The notes under the pieces were generated by a model. The model made no database searches. It worked only from the letters and a program-made list of their open reading frames with translations, and was not told the DNA's origin. This document shows positions 1 to 9,193 of a DNA stretch of 64,000 bases, one piece after another. Positions within the stretch are counted from its first letter, which is position 1. Each line of letters starts with the position of its first letter. This DNA is from an uncultured Marinobacter sp. (lineage in GTDB: Bacteria; Pseudomonadota; Gammaproteobacteria; Pseudomonadales; Oleiphilaceae). The position numbers and the translations under genes are program-made. Where the stretch lies: NCBI GenBank assembly GCA_966210405.1, contig CBIHLH010000002.1, positions 1,903 through 65,902 on the forward strand. The letters are read 5' to 3'.

Positions 1-88
1 GCTCATGCTCAATGACAATGGTTTCCCGCTCCTTGTGAACATAAGCGCCCTGACGGGTGACATACAGACTGTTCTGAAGTTTTTTCAC
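1..88 (-). CDS. cas1: CRISPR-associated endonuclease Cas1, type I-C (5' part only; continues beyond the left edge)
   Basis: Hand translation from GTG at 88 gives MKKLQNSLYVTRQGAYVHKERETIVIEHE, a typical type I-C Cas1 N-terminus. Overlaps the cas4 stop (GTGA). Not in the supplied ORF track. Confidence 0.9.
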   Translation of the reverse strand, partial: MKKLQNSLYVTRQGAYVHKERETIVIEHE

Positions 89-711
89 TGTGTTTCCCCG
101 TCGTCGAACAGGCCATCGACATAATGGGCGCTTCGGTCTCTGCCCAACAGTTTTGGATTACATAGATCGAACAGGGAACATGCGTCACACTTTTTCTCAT
201 ATACCGCCTTGGGAGTCTTGCCACTGGTAAGAAGCTGGCGAACATCCGCAATCACCTGCCGGGTCTCGTCTCGCAATTGGCCAGTGAAAGGAACATCATC
301 CCGGTGGCGGGTTTGCCAATACCACAGCGCCCCCGATTCCACGTGCCGACCACTCATTTCTTCCAGGCATAGTCCCTGGGCGCAAAGCTGAATCCGGTCC
401 CAATTGTCTTTCTTCGGCTTACCTCTTTTGTATTCCACGGGCTTCATAGCCATGGTGGCCAAGTCGATTTCGACGAGGTCTAACTTACCGGTTATCCCAA
501 GCGACTCCGCACTGACGAGAACGCCACGCTCATACCGAATCCCTTTACGGGTTTCCGGGTCTCCCCTGTCCACCCTCTGATGCAACACCTGCCCCTGCGC
601 CGTCAGCCAGTTCTCTGCCCACACCTGTTCATTGTGAATAAGGGCACATTGCCTCGGGCAGAAGGCATAGTGCTGCAATGCAGAAAGTGGAATCAGCTTT
701 TCGTCCTGCAT
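85..711 (-). CDS. cas4: CRISPR-associated exonuclease Cas4
   Basis: LQHYAFCPRQ, GKLDLVE, PVEYKRGK, QLCAQGLCLEEM and C-terminal CxxCSLxxxC (four Fe-S cysteines). Confidence 0.96.
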   Translation of the reverse strand: MQDEKLIPLSALQHYAFCPRQCALIHNEQVWAENWLTAQGQVLHQRVDRGDPETRKGIRYERGVLVSAESLGITGKLDLVEIDLATMAMKPVEYKRGKPKKDNWDRIQLCAQGLCLEEMSGRHVESGALWYWQTRHRDDVPFTGQLRDETRQVIADVRQLLTSGKTPKAVYEKKCDACSLFDLCNPKLLGRDRSAHYVDGLFDDGETQ

Positions 712-727
712 GCGCGCTGGGTCTCCA

Positions 728-952
728 TCAGGCGGCGAACTGAATCACCTCTACCTCGTGGTTCAGTTTTACCGCTTCCTCTGCCATCGCCAAAATCTGC
801 ACGGAACTCTCCTCACCCAGATAATACTCACCGCAACTCTCACAGATCTCGGCGGGTACTTTCTTGACAACGATAGTCGTTTCTCCGGGTGTCATTGTGA
901 CGGTTGTGTTGCCATGGTGGGTTTCACCCTGTTTGCAGATCAGGCATTTCAT
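728..952 (-). CDS. YgiT-type zinc-ribbon protein (resembles the MqsA antitoxin N-terminal domain), 74 aa
   Basis: MKCLICKQG...IVVKKVPAEICESCGEYY with two CxxC pairs; ends QFAA. ATG is 8 nt after the cas7 stop, with GGAG upstream. Confidence 0.85.
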   Translation of the reverse strand: MKCLICKQGETHHGNTTVTMTPGETTIVVKKVPAEICESCGEYYLGEESSVQILAMAEEAVKLNHEVEVIQFAA

Positions 953-960
953 TCGGGCTC

Positions 961-1833
961 TTACTCCAAAATCTTTTGAAGCGTTACCCCTTTCGGCAAC
1001 CCAGACTCATCTATAGCTACGCTGTAGTCTTTAAAGCTGCGGGCTGGCCCACCGTTTACGCGGTTGATTTCAATGAGGTCGAAGAGCTTACGGGCCGGGG
1101 CATTACCGATCGCGCTTTCATGCTTGAATACATACAATCCACACGGCGACATTTCTCCCCTGCTCGCTGACCGATCATGATCCAGCATGTTTACTAGGGA
1201 CTCCCACAGCAAACCCAAATCTTCTTCGCCAAAACCCGTTTGTTTGGCAAGGCTTGCGGATACATAGCCGTGGCATCGGTACAACCCATAAGGAATGGTA
1301 AATTTCCTGCCCATGGTCCGATTATCACCACTCTGCTTTTCTGCTTCTTTTTCAGTCGCCACCGCCATTCTGGTGATGCTGTGCTCTGCGCTCACGACCG
1401 GCTCGACACTGCGTGCGAAATTAATCTGCACCGGGCCACGAACTTGTCCGGCGTTAATCTCGGTTGACATAACCGCACCAAAAGTCCGGATGTCAAAAAA
1501 GTTCCCACACATCCAGCCCGTGACTTTTTTCGCGTCTTCCTCTTTCTTCGGCAACTTCTTGGATTCAGGTTTTAGATCATATGCCTTGTAAGCTTTTTCA
1601 TGGTTCCGGTTCAGGACCGCTTTTTCCTTTACATAGATGTCGAAAGGCGGCTCCTCGGATTTGACCATGCCAACATAATTACGAATCTTCCGCTTCAGGC
1701 AAACATCGGTAACCAACCCCTGCCCGGTTTCCGCATCAACACGTGGCAGATTACCAGCGTCGGGGTCACCATTGGGATTTCCGTCTTTTACATCAAACAA
1801 GAAAACAAACTCATAACGGTTATCAAGGCTCAT
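961..1833 (-). CDS. cas7c: Type I-C Cascade backbone Cas7/Csd2
   Basis: [60 protein letters not shown]. Confidence 0.97.
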   Translation of the reverse strand: MSLDNRYEFVFLFDVKDGNPNGDPDAGNLPRVDAETGQGLVTDVCLKRKIRNYVGMVKSEEPPFDIYVKEKAVLNRNHEKAYKAYDLKPESKKLPKKEEDAKKVTGWMCGNFFDIRTFGAVMSTEINAGQVRGPVQINFARSVEPVVSAEHSITRMAVATEKEAEKQSGDNRTMGRKFTIPYGLYRCHGYVSASLAKQTGFGEEDLGLLWESLVNMLDHDRSASRGEMSPCGLYVFKHESAIGNAPARKLFDLIEINRVNGGPARSFKDYSVAIDESGLPKGVTLQKILE

Positions 1834-2210
1834 GCTGTTTCTCCTTCAGCAGCGGTGGTTTCAGTTTTTGTGTAAAGCGCCTGGCGCTGGTGGTAGTAGC
1901 CGATGGCAAACAGTCCCTGGTCTTCCAGGTTGAGGTGAGGTGGAAACTCGCCAATATCGGACATGATGTCCGATATTCTGCGCTGGGCCGCATTTCGCCA
2001 GGACGGATTTTCAAGCTTTTTCAGGTGGTGCGTGTGCAGGCGCATCAAGGTTCCGAAAACCGATTTTGGCGAGCAGCTCGCACTACTGTAGTAACGATCA
2101 CGAATTGTAGAATTAAGATTGGGGTTCGCGTCCTGCTGAAGCTTTTCGAGGACGGCAAACAGGCTACCCAACAGATATCCGATTCGCTTTTCTGAGGGAT
2201 TGTGGGACAC
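1830..2210 (-). CDS. cas11c: Cas11c small subunit translated from an internal start in cas8c (126 aa)
   Basis: In-frame GTG at 2210 with AAGGAG (2222-2217) 6 nt upstream. Product (V/M)[29 protein letters not shown]...[10 protein letters not shown] matches the Cas11c pattern known from type I-C systems. Confidence 0.8.
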   Translation of the reverse strand: MSHNPSEKRIGYLLGSLFAVLEKLQQDANPNLNSTIRDRYYSSASCSPKSVFGTLMRLHTHHLKKLENPSWRNAAQRRISDIMSDIGEFPPHLNLEDQGLFAIGYYHQRQALYTKTETTAAEGETA

Positions 2211-3596
2211 GGATAACTCCTTTTCTGGTGTTCTGTTATATCGCGCCTGCCTGTTGAGGCTGGCCTTGATAAGTGCGGCTCGACAGAAAGAGACTTCGCC
2301 TTTTTCCGCTTTAATTCTCTTTATGACTGCTTGCAGGGCGCTCGCAGGAAGCGGTAGCCCGGAGAGGATCGCCCTGACTGTCTCCCCGACGAGGTGGGGT
2401 GGCATATTTTTATCCTCTCCAAGCAGCGCAGTGCTTCGCAGAAGGGCTTTCACTGAGGGATATTCGAGCTCCCCATACTTCACTATCTGAATATCGTTGA
2501 ACCATTGAGCCAGTCGCTCTGAGAACTCCTCAACCGTGCCGGTATGCCAGAAACGAACAGCGATACGAGATGCGTTTGGGGCTAATCCAAGGATATAAAA
2601 ACGTTGGGTCCCGTCTGGCTGTATGTAGGCCCCGTTGTGCAAAGCCTCAAACAACGCTTTGACCGTTTTCACGCCCTTATCTGGATTGTCTGGCGGGGGC
2701 CCACCAAACAAGATCGGAAGAGCAGTATCGAGAAAAGAGTCTTTCTCAGACCAGCAAATCGCCACCGTCTCGTGAAATTTGAAGCGATTAGGTGATCCAT
2801 ATCGTAGTAAGTGGTTCAGGGCTGTCGTATATTCAAAAACGACCTTTTCACTCACCGGAAAATTCAAACCCTGACTTTTTCCATGAGAGGAGAATGCCGG
2901 GCTTTCGCCATCATTGATCGCACATAACGGTTCAGGTTTTTTGTTTATTCCCGAAACCCTTCCGTGCAAGCGAGCAATCGGCCCGCGCTCTCCGGAGACT
3001 AAACAAATACCATCTGACTCATCCGCCGCGATGCTCTGTTCACACCACTCCTTGACAGATGGGGACTGGCAAACCAGAAACGGCTCATCAGCCAGCTTGA
3101 ACGTTAGATTGCATCCTTTTATTTTCAAGATCTCCTGCCATTCAGGTGAGGATTTAACCTTTTCCTTTTCGGACTGATTCGACAGAAACTTCCGAACCGC
3201 AGATACGCTTGCATCGTCCGGGATCTCATCATGAATTTGCTTTATCTTATGGATAAATGCTTCGTGTTGACGCGAAGCCATTAACGCATCTTTTTCGCTG
3301 GGCTCCGCATCAGGTTTATCCACCTTTGGCTGTCCCAATACATAACCGAAGTGATCCCACAGTGGGTATGCCGTCTCATAAGACTTCGCTCCACTCCGCC
3401 CTTTCCCATGAGGAACGACGAACATTTGAGCCCGGAGTTTGTCTCCTTCGCTACGATCCCGTGTGTCGGTGAGTTGGACGAAACGGCCGTCTTGATCAAT
3501 GACAATCAGAAAAGGAATTTCCTTTTCCTCAAATCCGATGGGTGCCAGTTGATCCTGCTTCCGATGATAGTATTCAGTCAGTGCCTGAAGAATCAT
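1830..3596 (-). CDS. cas8c: Type I-C Cascade large subunit Cas8c/Csd1
   Basis: [55 protein letters not shown]; lies between cas5 and cas7. Confidence 0.96.
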   Translation of the reverse strand: MILQALTEYYHRKQDQLAPIGFEEKEIPFLIVIDQDGRFVQLTDTRDRSEGDKLRAQMFVVPHGKGRSGAKSYETAYPLWDHFGYVLGQPKVDKPDAEPSEKDALMASRQHEAFIHKIKQIHDEIPDDASVSAVRKFLSNQSEKEKVKSSPEWQEILKIKGCNLTFKLADEPFLVCQSPSVKEWCEQSIAADESDGICLVSGERGPIARLHGRVSGINKKPEPLCAINDGESPAFSSHGKSQGLNFPVSEKVVFEYTTALNHLLRYGSPNRFKFHETVAICWSEKDSFLDTALPILFGGPPPDNPDKGVKTVKALFEALHNGAYIQPDGTQRFYILGLAPNASRIAVRFWHTGTVEEFSERLAQWFNDIQIVKYGELEYPSVKALLRSTALLGEDKNMPPHLVGETVRAILSGLPLPASALQAVIKRIKAEKGEVSFCRAALIKASLNRQARYNRTPEKELSVSHNPSEKRIGYLLGSLFAVLEKLQQDANPNLNSTIRDRYYSSASCSPKSVFGTLMRLHTHHLKKLENPSWRNAAQRRISDIMSDIGEFPPHLNLEDQGLFAIGYYHQRQALYTKTETTAAEGETA

Positions 3597-4255
3597 CCTC
3601 GCACCTCGCTACTGGTTTTAGCCGGCACATCTACCACTCCGTTTTCCAGACTCGCGTTGAAAAACAGGGGAGCAGGAGCCTTGGGATCACTGTAATCCAA
3701 GTCATAAAGCGTCCAGCCCAGATTGCGACTCTCGGAAATCGCTGCGGCGGATGGTGTTGATTCGTCAACCAGCGTGAAGTCACAGCTAAATTCCCGACAA
3801 CCAAGATAGGGCTGGTTGAAGCATTGCCCCTTTTCTGCCCTGCGCCGGAACATATCTGCAAACTTCGCAGCGGAATCCTCAGGACCGGCCTGATTTGTCA
3901 TCTGAAATTCACCATGGAGCCGATAAGCCACATCTTTCAAAAACAATCCGGCCCGCTGTTTCCGTTCTTCTTCCACGTAAATGCCCAACTGCCCGACACC
4001 TTTTTTCATCGCAGTCTGGGCATTCCGGGCTAAGGTGATGGCGCCAACCTCATTCCGGCGCAAGTTAATCCACTTGATCGGCTTCAGGACTTCGATTCGG
4101 GTAATCCGCCACTCAATAGCAGGCTTCCATAGAATGGCCTCAAAGATGGCCCTCGCGGCAGACGGTGTAATGACGTCGTAGCTGACCCGCTCAACCTTCA
4201 TTTCCGGTCGCGTGAAGCACGCAAATTCGCCTGATACTTCAATACAAAAGCCCAC
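3593..4255 (-). CDS. cas5c: Type I-C Cas5 (Cas5d, pre-crRNA processing)
   Basis: ACFTRPEMKVERVSYDVITPSAARAIFEAILWKP, QPYLGCREF. Start moved to GTG at 4255, which has GAGGGA upstream. Confidence 0.95.
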   Translation of the reverse strand: MGFCIEVSGEFACFTRPEMKVERVSYDVITPSAARAIFEAILWKPAIEWRITRIEVLKPIKWINLRRNEVGAITLARNAQTAMKKGVGQLGIYVEEERKQRAGLFLKDVAYRLHGEFQMTNQAGPEDSAAKFADMFRRRAEKGQCFNQPYLGCREFSCDFTLVDESTPSAAAISESRNLGWTLYDLDYSDPKAPAPLFFNASLENGVVDVPAKTSSEVRG

Positions 4256-4275
4256 GGTTTTTCCCTCTATCGCTT

Positions 4276-6555
4276 TTAACTGATGATCATTCTTTCTGCA
4301 CCGAACAACGCGTCCGGTGGCTGAATGCCCCATAGTCTGTCGTAGTGACTCTGCTCAACCACAAATTGTCCCGCCTTGGGATATAACGCGCCTGCGGCCT
4401 CCAGCTTTTTGGCAAAAGATTCCGGCAAGGTGACACTGAAACGCTGCAATTTTCGATAGATCCATTTGGCGGAACTGTCGGAATCCAAGACCTCCAACCA
4501 TGAATGAATGGGGCTTTCATCGAGCCCGTCCGGGCAGTAGGGCACGACGACACCAATGCCGTTATCGTCAATGAGTCGAAATTGTTCCGCAGCCTTGCGG
4601 AAGGAAATATCTAGGGCAGGATCGGTTGTCTGTTCCGCCTTGAGCAAGTCGCATATCTGGTATCTGTCGCGATTGCCCTTGCGATTAAGCTCGCTAAAGT
4701 AGCGCCGGATACTTTCAGGGCTCAATGGGTCGTCCAACAGACCGGCTTTGAGCAATGTCAGTGTGGTTTGTTCGCCCTGCCTGAGAAATCCAGGTGGTGC
4801 TGGCTGCTCTGGCAAAAAGACTTCAACTCTCCCGAAGCCATCCAGCCTATCTTCCCTGTTACAACGTCCTGCTGATTGAGCAATAGAATCAAGCCCTGCC
4901 ATAGCCCGGTACACCACTGGGAAGTCGACATCGACACCAGCTTCTATCAATTGCGTACTGATTACACGCAGAGGTCTGTCGTCCCCGTTTCTCCGGGCAT
5001 CCAGTCGCTGTCGGATGTGTGAAATAATAGCCGAGCGATGTTCGGCACACATATTCGCCGACAGGTGAATATTGTTGCCATCATCCGCCAGCCGACCGAA
5101 CAGGTCTCGCGCATTATTTCTTGTGTTGACGATCACCAGTACGCAAGGCTCATTGCCCACCAAATCGCTGAGCGCGTCCCAGCTTGTGGGACCGGCATCC
5201 AGAGACGGCATATTGATTGACACCCGCTTCAACGCTTGCGCAAGTTCAGACGGAGCCGGAACAATTTCTCTGATGTTGCCCAGCCCCTGCTGCTCAATAC
5301 GATCAAAGGCATCTCTCTGTTCGCCCAGTTCCGGTTGGGTAGCGGTACACAGAACCCAGGTGACGCCGAAATACTCGGTCATCTGGCGCATAGCCTGGGT
5401 AATCGGCTTATGAAAATCTCTCGGCAACTGCTGTGCTTCGTCAAGCACAATCACGGAGTTGACCAGATTATGCAGTTTCCGACACTTGCTGGTTCGTGAC
5501 GCAAACATAGACTGAAAAAGCTGGACATTGGTGGTCACAATCAGCGGAGCATCCCAGTTCTCGGTTGCCAGCCGGGAACGAGTTGTCTCAGCGGAGGGCG
5601 CCACGTCAAGGTTGCTATGGTGTTCGAGAACGGCATCTTCGCCGAGTATGTCCCGGAATACTTTGGCGTTCTGCTCGATAATACTGGTGAAAGGAATGGC
5701 ATAAACAATCCGGGTTTTACCGAATTTTTCGGCATGACGCATTGCAAAGGCCAGACTTGAAAGGGTTTTTCCACCGCCGGTCGGCACCGTCAGGCTGAAA
5801 ATACCCGGCTCAAGCTCTGCTGTCGAAAGACAGCTATCAAGGATCGAGCCCCTTATCTCATTCAATGGGTTCGGTTCGGCAGCATTTCGAAAATTATCCA
5901 TGTGCCGGAAGAACAAGTCAGAAATAGTACCGAGTGTCACATCAGTGCATCGTTTTTCGGCTTTTCCCGGGGACATGTATTGTTCGGTATCCAGAAAATC
6001 CGCATCCACCAGGCATGAAAAGATTAGCCTTATCCAAAGATTGATAGCATCGGGATCTTTCGCAGCATCTGGGATGGCGGGCATCTCACCGACCAGAATA
6101 TCCGTGGGGATATCTTCCAAAAGTGATTCAAGGTATTCGGTTTTGGACTCTTGAAGGCGAAAACTCAACGCTCCGCGTCCTCCGATCCAATCCGGCAATC
6201 CGGCATGATGCCCGGAAATAATGTACGCCAGGATGTGACCGAACACCGGTCCAAACTTTTCCACCGCATGAGTTGCACCGGCGGTCGAGTGTGTCACCCG
6301 ACCGGAGCCCTGTTCAACGTGGGCGTTTTCTCTGTCGTATCCGGTCTGATCGCGGATATACTTCTGAAACGGGTCACGATACTTTCCAAGGTCATGCCAA
6401 AGCCCCGCCAGGGAACCCCATCCTTCGGAACCAAAGCGGCTCGCACTGTTTGCCGCCAACCGGGATACATCCCTGAGGTGATCTTCCAGGGAATGCGGAA
6501 CATTCCAAGTGCCGTCATCGTTCTGTTTGGCGTGTGCTATATATTCCTTTAACAA
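4276..6555 (-). CDS. cas3: CRISPR-associated HD nuclease/helicase Cas3
   Basis: HD domain (HSLEDHL, WHDLGK, GHHAGL, LVDADFLD), Walker A PTGGGKT, DEAQ, QSAGRCNRE. Confidence 0.97.
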   Translation of the reverse strand: MLKEYIAHAKQNDDGTWNVPHSLEDHLRDVSRLAANSASRFGSEGWGSLAGLWHDLGKYRDPFQKYIRDQTGYDRENAHVEQGSGRVTHSTAGATHAVEKFGPVFGHILAYIISGHHAGLPDWIGGRGALSFRLQESKTEYLESLLEDIPTDILVGEMPAIPDAAKDPDAINLWIRLIFSCLVDADFLDTEQYMSPGKAEKRCTDVTLGTISDLFFRHMDNFRNAAEPNPLNEIRGSILDSCLSTAELEPGIFSLTVPTGGGKTLSSLAFAMRHAEKFGKTRIVYAIPFTSIIEQNAKVFRDILGEDAVLEHHSNLDVAPSAETTRSRLATENWDAPLIVTTNVQLFQSMFASRTSKCRKLHNLVNSVIVLDEAQQLPRDFHKPITQAMRQMTEYFGVTWVLCTATQPELGEQRDAFDRIEQQGLGNIREIVPAPSELAQALKRVSINMPSLDAGPTSWDALSDLVGNEPCVLVIVNTRNNARDLFGRLADDGNNIHLSANMCAEHRSAIISHIRQRLDARRNGDDRPLRVISTQLIEAGVDVDFPVVYRAMAGLDSIAQSAGRCNREDRLDGFGRVEVFLPEQPAPPGFLRQGEQTTLTLLKAGLLDDPLSPESIRRYFSELNRKGNRDRYQICDLLKAEQTTDPALDISFRKAAEQFRLIDDNGIGVVVPYCPDGLDESPIHSWLEVLDSDSSAKWIYRKLQRFSVTLPESFAKKLEAAGALYPKAGQFVVEQSHYDRLWGIQPPDALFGAERMIIS

Positions 6556-6637
6556 ACCTTTTCCACCTTCAAATTGTTGGCCTGATCAACACTCTAAACC
6601 CAAGACTGACCCAACTGCTGCACCACTGATTAAATTA

Positions 6638-7597
6638 TCAGTACATCCCCGCCATCCTCCGTATCCTCAAAACCACCTCCTCCCGGAGTTCCGGCGGCCC
6701 GAGCACTTCCACGTCCGCCCCGTATCGCAGCACTTCCATGGCCAGTTCCCGCTCATCGGAGTAGGGAACTTTCAGGTGGTAGCCATCGTCCTTTTGCTCG
6801 CCCATCTGATCGGGGTGCCAGGTTTCGTCCGCCACCCACTCCGCTGCATGGTGGGAAAATCTGAGGTGCGCCGTGCCCTTTGGGCCGCCACCGAAAATGC
6901 CGAAGCTGGCGTAGGCGAATCCGTCCAGTTCCTTTATCGGAATTTGCTGCGACGGCGTTTCTTCCGCCTGCGGTTGGGAAATTCGGTCCAGTGAGAACAG
7001 GCGAAGGGCCTGGGCATCGCAGCAAAGCGCCAGCAGATACCAGTTGGATCGGTAGTGCAGTAAGCGTTGCGGATGAACCCGGCGGGGTTTGCGGCCGGTT
7101 CCGCTGCGGGCGCTGTAGGTAAAAGTCAGCTGTTTACCCGCCAGTGTCGCTTCCGCCACCGGGTCGAAAATCTGGTGCGGGGCCATGCGGGCCTGGATGG
7201 GTTGTATCTGGATGCGCTCACTGACTCGTTCGGCGGCGTGCCCGGATTCGCCCAGCAGGCGCCGGATTTTTTCCTTCAATGGCGCCAGCCGGCTGGTCAT
7301 CATTCCGGGTTGCACGTTTTCCAGTAGCTGCTCGCACGCCAGCAGTGCGTAGAGCTCGGCGGGGTTCATCCAGAACCCTGGCAGTTCGAAGGCGGGCGAA
7401 TCCGGGGCGTAACGATGGCCGTTATGATCCCGGCAATACTCCAGGGGCGCTCCGAGTGAGTCCCTCAGGAACTCGAAATCCCGGGTAATGGTGTTCCGGC
7501 TGGCTTCCAGTTCCTCCATAAACACCCGCATGGGCACGGGATGGCGGGCATTACGGAGCAGATCATGAATCTTGTAGATGCGGTCAAAACGGGTCAC
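6638..7597 (-). CDS. HTH-WYL-WCX transcriptional regulator
   Basis: N-terminal wHTH (ELEASRNTITRDFEFLRD), WYL core (RRVHPQRLLHYRSNWYLLA...LFSLDRI), C-terminal W..EVLRYGADVEVLGPPELR; GTG start with GGAG. Confidence 0.92.
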   Translation of the reverse strand: MTRFDRIYKIHDLLRNARHPVPMRVFMEELEASRNTITRDFEFLRDSLGAPLEYCRDHNGHRYAPDSPAFELPGFWMNPAELYALLACEQLLENVQPGMMTSRLAPLKEKIRRLLGESGHAAERVSERIQIQPIQARMAPHQIFDPVAEATLAGKQLTFTYSARSGTGRKPRRVHPQRLLHYRSNWYLLALCCDAQALRLFSLDRISQPQAEETPSQQIPIKELDGFAYASFGIFGGGPKGTAHLRFSHHAAEWVADETWHPDQMGEQKDDGYHLKVPYSDERELAMEVLRYGADVEVLGPPELREEVVLRIRRMAGMY

Positions 7598-7685
7598 AGC
7601 GGCTCCATGCCAGGGTTTATTCGCTTACTACTCACCTCCCAAGCTTAGAGACTGTCGTGCAAAACGCCAGTTTTCAGGTTGCCAA

Positions 7686-8111
7686 TCACCACCGCCCCTG
7701 CAATGTGGCTACTATCCTGCGGCTGTCGGCCCTGTCCCGGTGTTCGCACAGGTAAATGCCCTGCCAGGTGCCCAGGGTAAGATGGCCATGGTGGACCGGT
7801 AAGGTCAGCGAGGGGCCGATCAGGACACTCTTGATGTGGGCCGGCATGTCGTCCGGCCCTTCCGTGGTGTGTTCGTAGTGCGGCGCGTTTTCCGGCACCA
7901 TCACGTTGAAGTGGCGCTCCAGATCACCGCGCACATCCGGGTCAGCGTTTTCATTGATCGCCAGCGAGGCGGAGGTGTGCTGGATAAACAGGTGCAGCAG
8001 GCCCACTTCGCAGTTGGCGAGGTCCGGCGCCTGAGCCAACACCTCGTTGGTGACCAGGTGAAAGCCCCGGGGCAACGGGGCCAGTTCGATAAAGGTCTGA
8101 TTCCAGATCAT
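7686..8111 (-). CDS. yjbQ: YjbQ/UPF0047 family protein
   Basis: HTSASLAINENADPDV, HIKSVLIG, LGTWQGIYLCEH. Confidence 0.9.
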   Translation of the reverse strand: MIWNQTFIELAPLPRGFHLVTNEVLAQAPDLANCEVGLLHLFIQHTSASLAINENADPDVRGDLERHFNVMVPENAPHYEHTTEGPDDMPAHIKSVLIGPSLTLPVHHGHLTLGTWQGIYLCEHRDRADSRRIVATLQGRW

Positions 8112-8125
8112 GGCTAACCTCGTGC

Positions 8126-9190
8126 TTATTTCTGCCGGTCGTCCCAGGGATGGACAGGCACGACATCGTCGCCCACGTCCCCCTCGTAGCTGCTGCGGAA
8201 ATAATCCATGGCCTTCTCCGCTTCACTGAGCTCATCGAACCGGGCGATGTGGTAGATGGCTTCCCCTTCGTTCACCAGAGGCAGGTTATTGACGCAGATA
8301 ACGATGCCGGAGCAGGGAGAGAGCACCGCGGTTTCGGACTCACCAAAAGGGTCCGCCACCATGGCCAGTTTCTGGCCTTTGCGTACCTTCTGGCCCAGGC
8401 TTGCCACTGGGCGCATGATGCCATCTGTGTCGGTTCTCACCCACTGTGAGTTAGCGGCGGTTTCCGAGCGCTTTCTCGGTGCTTTCGGGCCTTTCTTGGC
8501 AGGGATCATTTCCAGTTCCCGCATCACCCGGATCACCCCTTTCACGCCGCTGGAAATCACCACGTCGTCGAACCGCAGGGCTTCACCACCCTCGAAGGTG
8601 ACGACGGGAATATCCTGGGAATCAGCGTAGGCGCGCAGGCTGCCCTCTCGCAAGCCGGCATTGATAATGATCGGTGCGCCGAAGGCCTCCGCCATGCGGG
8701 TAGTCTCCGGGTTTTTCAGTTCCGCCCGGATCTGCGGCAGGTTGAAGCGGTGGATGGCGCCAGTGTGCAGGTCAATGATGTGGGTGACCTTTTCCATGAT
8801 CTGCGTGCGCAGCAGATAGGCAATACGACCGCCCAGGGAGCCGGTTTCGCTGCCGGGGAAGCACCGGTTCAGGTCCCGTCGGTCCGGCAGGTAGCGGGTG
8901 CGTTGCACGAATCCGAAAATGTTGACGATGGGCACCGCCACCAGGGTGCCGCGCAAGTGCCGCAGGGCGGAATTGGTCAGTACCCGCCGGACGATTTCCA
9001 CACCGTTGATCTCGTCGCCGTGAATGGCACCACACACCATCAGTACCGGCCCGTCCCGGCGGCCATGCACCACCTCTACCGGGATATGCAGTGGCGTGTG
9101 GGTGTAGAGTTTGGCCACGGGTACTTCAATGGTCTGGCGGGTACCGGCCCTGACCTGGGTACCGGCAAAGTCAAACGGCGCTCGGGCCAT
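8126..9190 (-). CDS. M14-type succinylglutamate desuccinylase/aspartoacylase family protein
   Basis: GAIHGDEING (HxxE), DLNRCFPG, IDLH, TFEGG and a C-terminal biotinyl-like domain. Confidence 0.9.
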   Translation of the reverse strand: MARAPFDFAGTQVRAGTRQTIEVPVAKLYTHTPLHIPVEVVHGRRDGPVLMVCGAIHGDEINGVEIVRRVLTNSALRHLRGTLVAVPIVNIFGFVQRTRYLPDRRDLNRCFPGSETGSLGGRIAYLLRTQIMEKVTHIIDLHTGAIHRFNLPQIRAELKNPETTRMAEAFGAPIIINAGLREGSLRAYADSQDIPVVTFEGGEALRFDDVVISSGVKGVIRVMRELEMIPAKKGPKAPRKRSETAANSQWVRTDTDGIMRPVASLGQKVRKGQKLAMVADPFGESETAVLSPCSGIVICVNNLPLVNEGEAIYHIARFDELSEAEKAMDYFRSSYEGDVGDDVVPVHPWDDRQK

Positions 9191-9193
9191 GTT

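Noticed and set aside
7594-7635. 13-codon ORF (VSSKRINPGMEPL) whose stop overlaps the WYL GTG
   Set aside because: Its GTG directly abuts the SD-like GGGAG with no spacer, so initiation is unlikely. WYL has its own GGAG.
1-7700. CRISPR array or mini-array within or next to the cas genes
   Set aside because: No repeat-spacer periodicity is visible in any intergenic gap. The array and cas2 most likely lie beyond the left edge, downstream of cas1.
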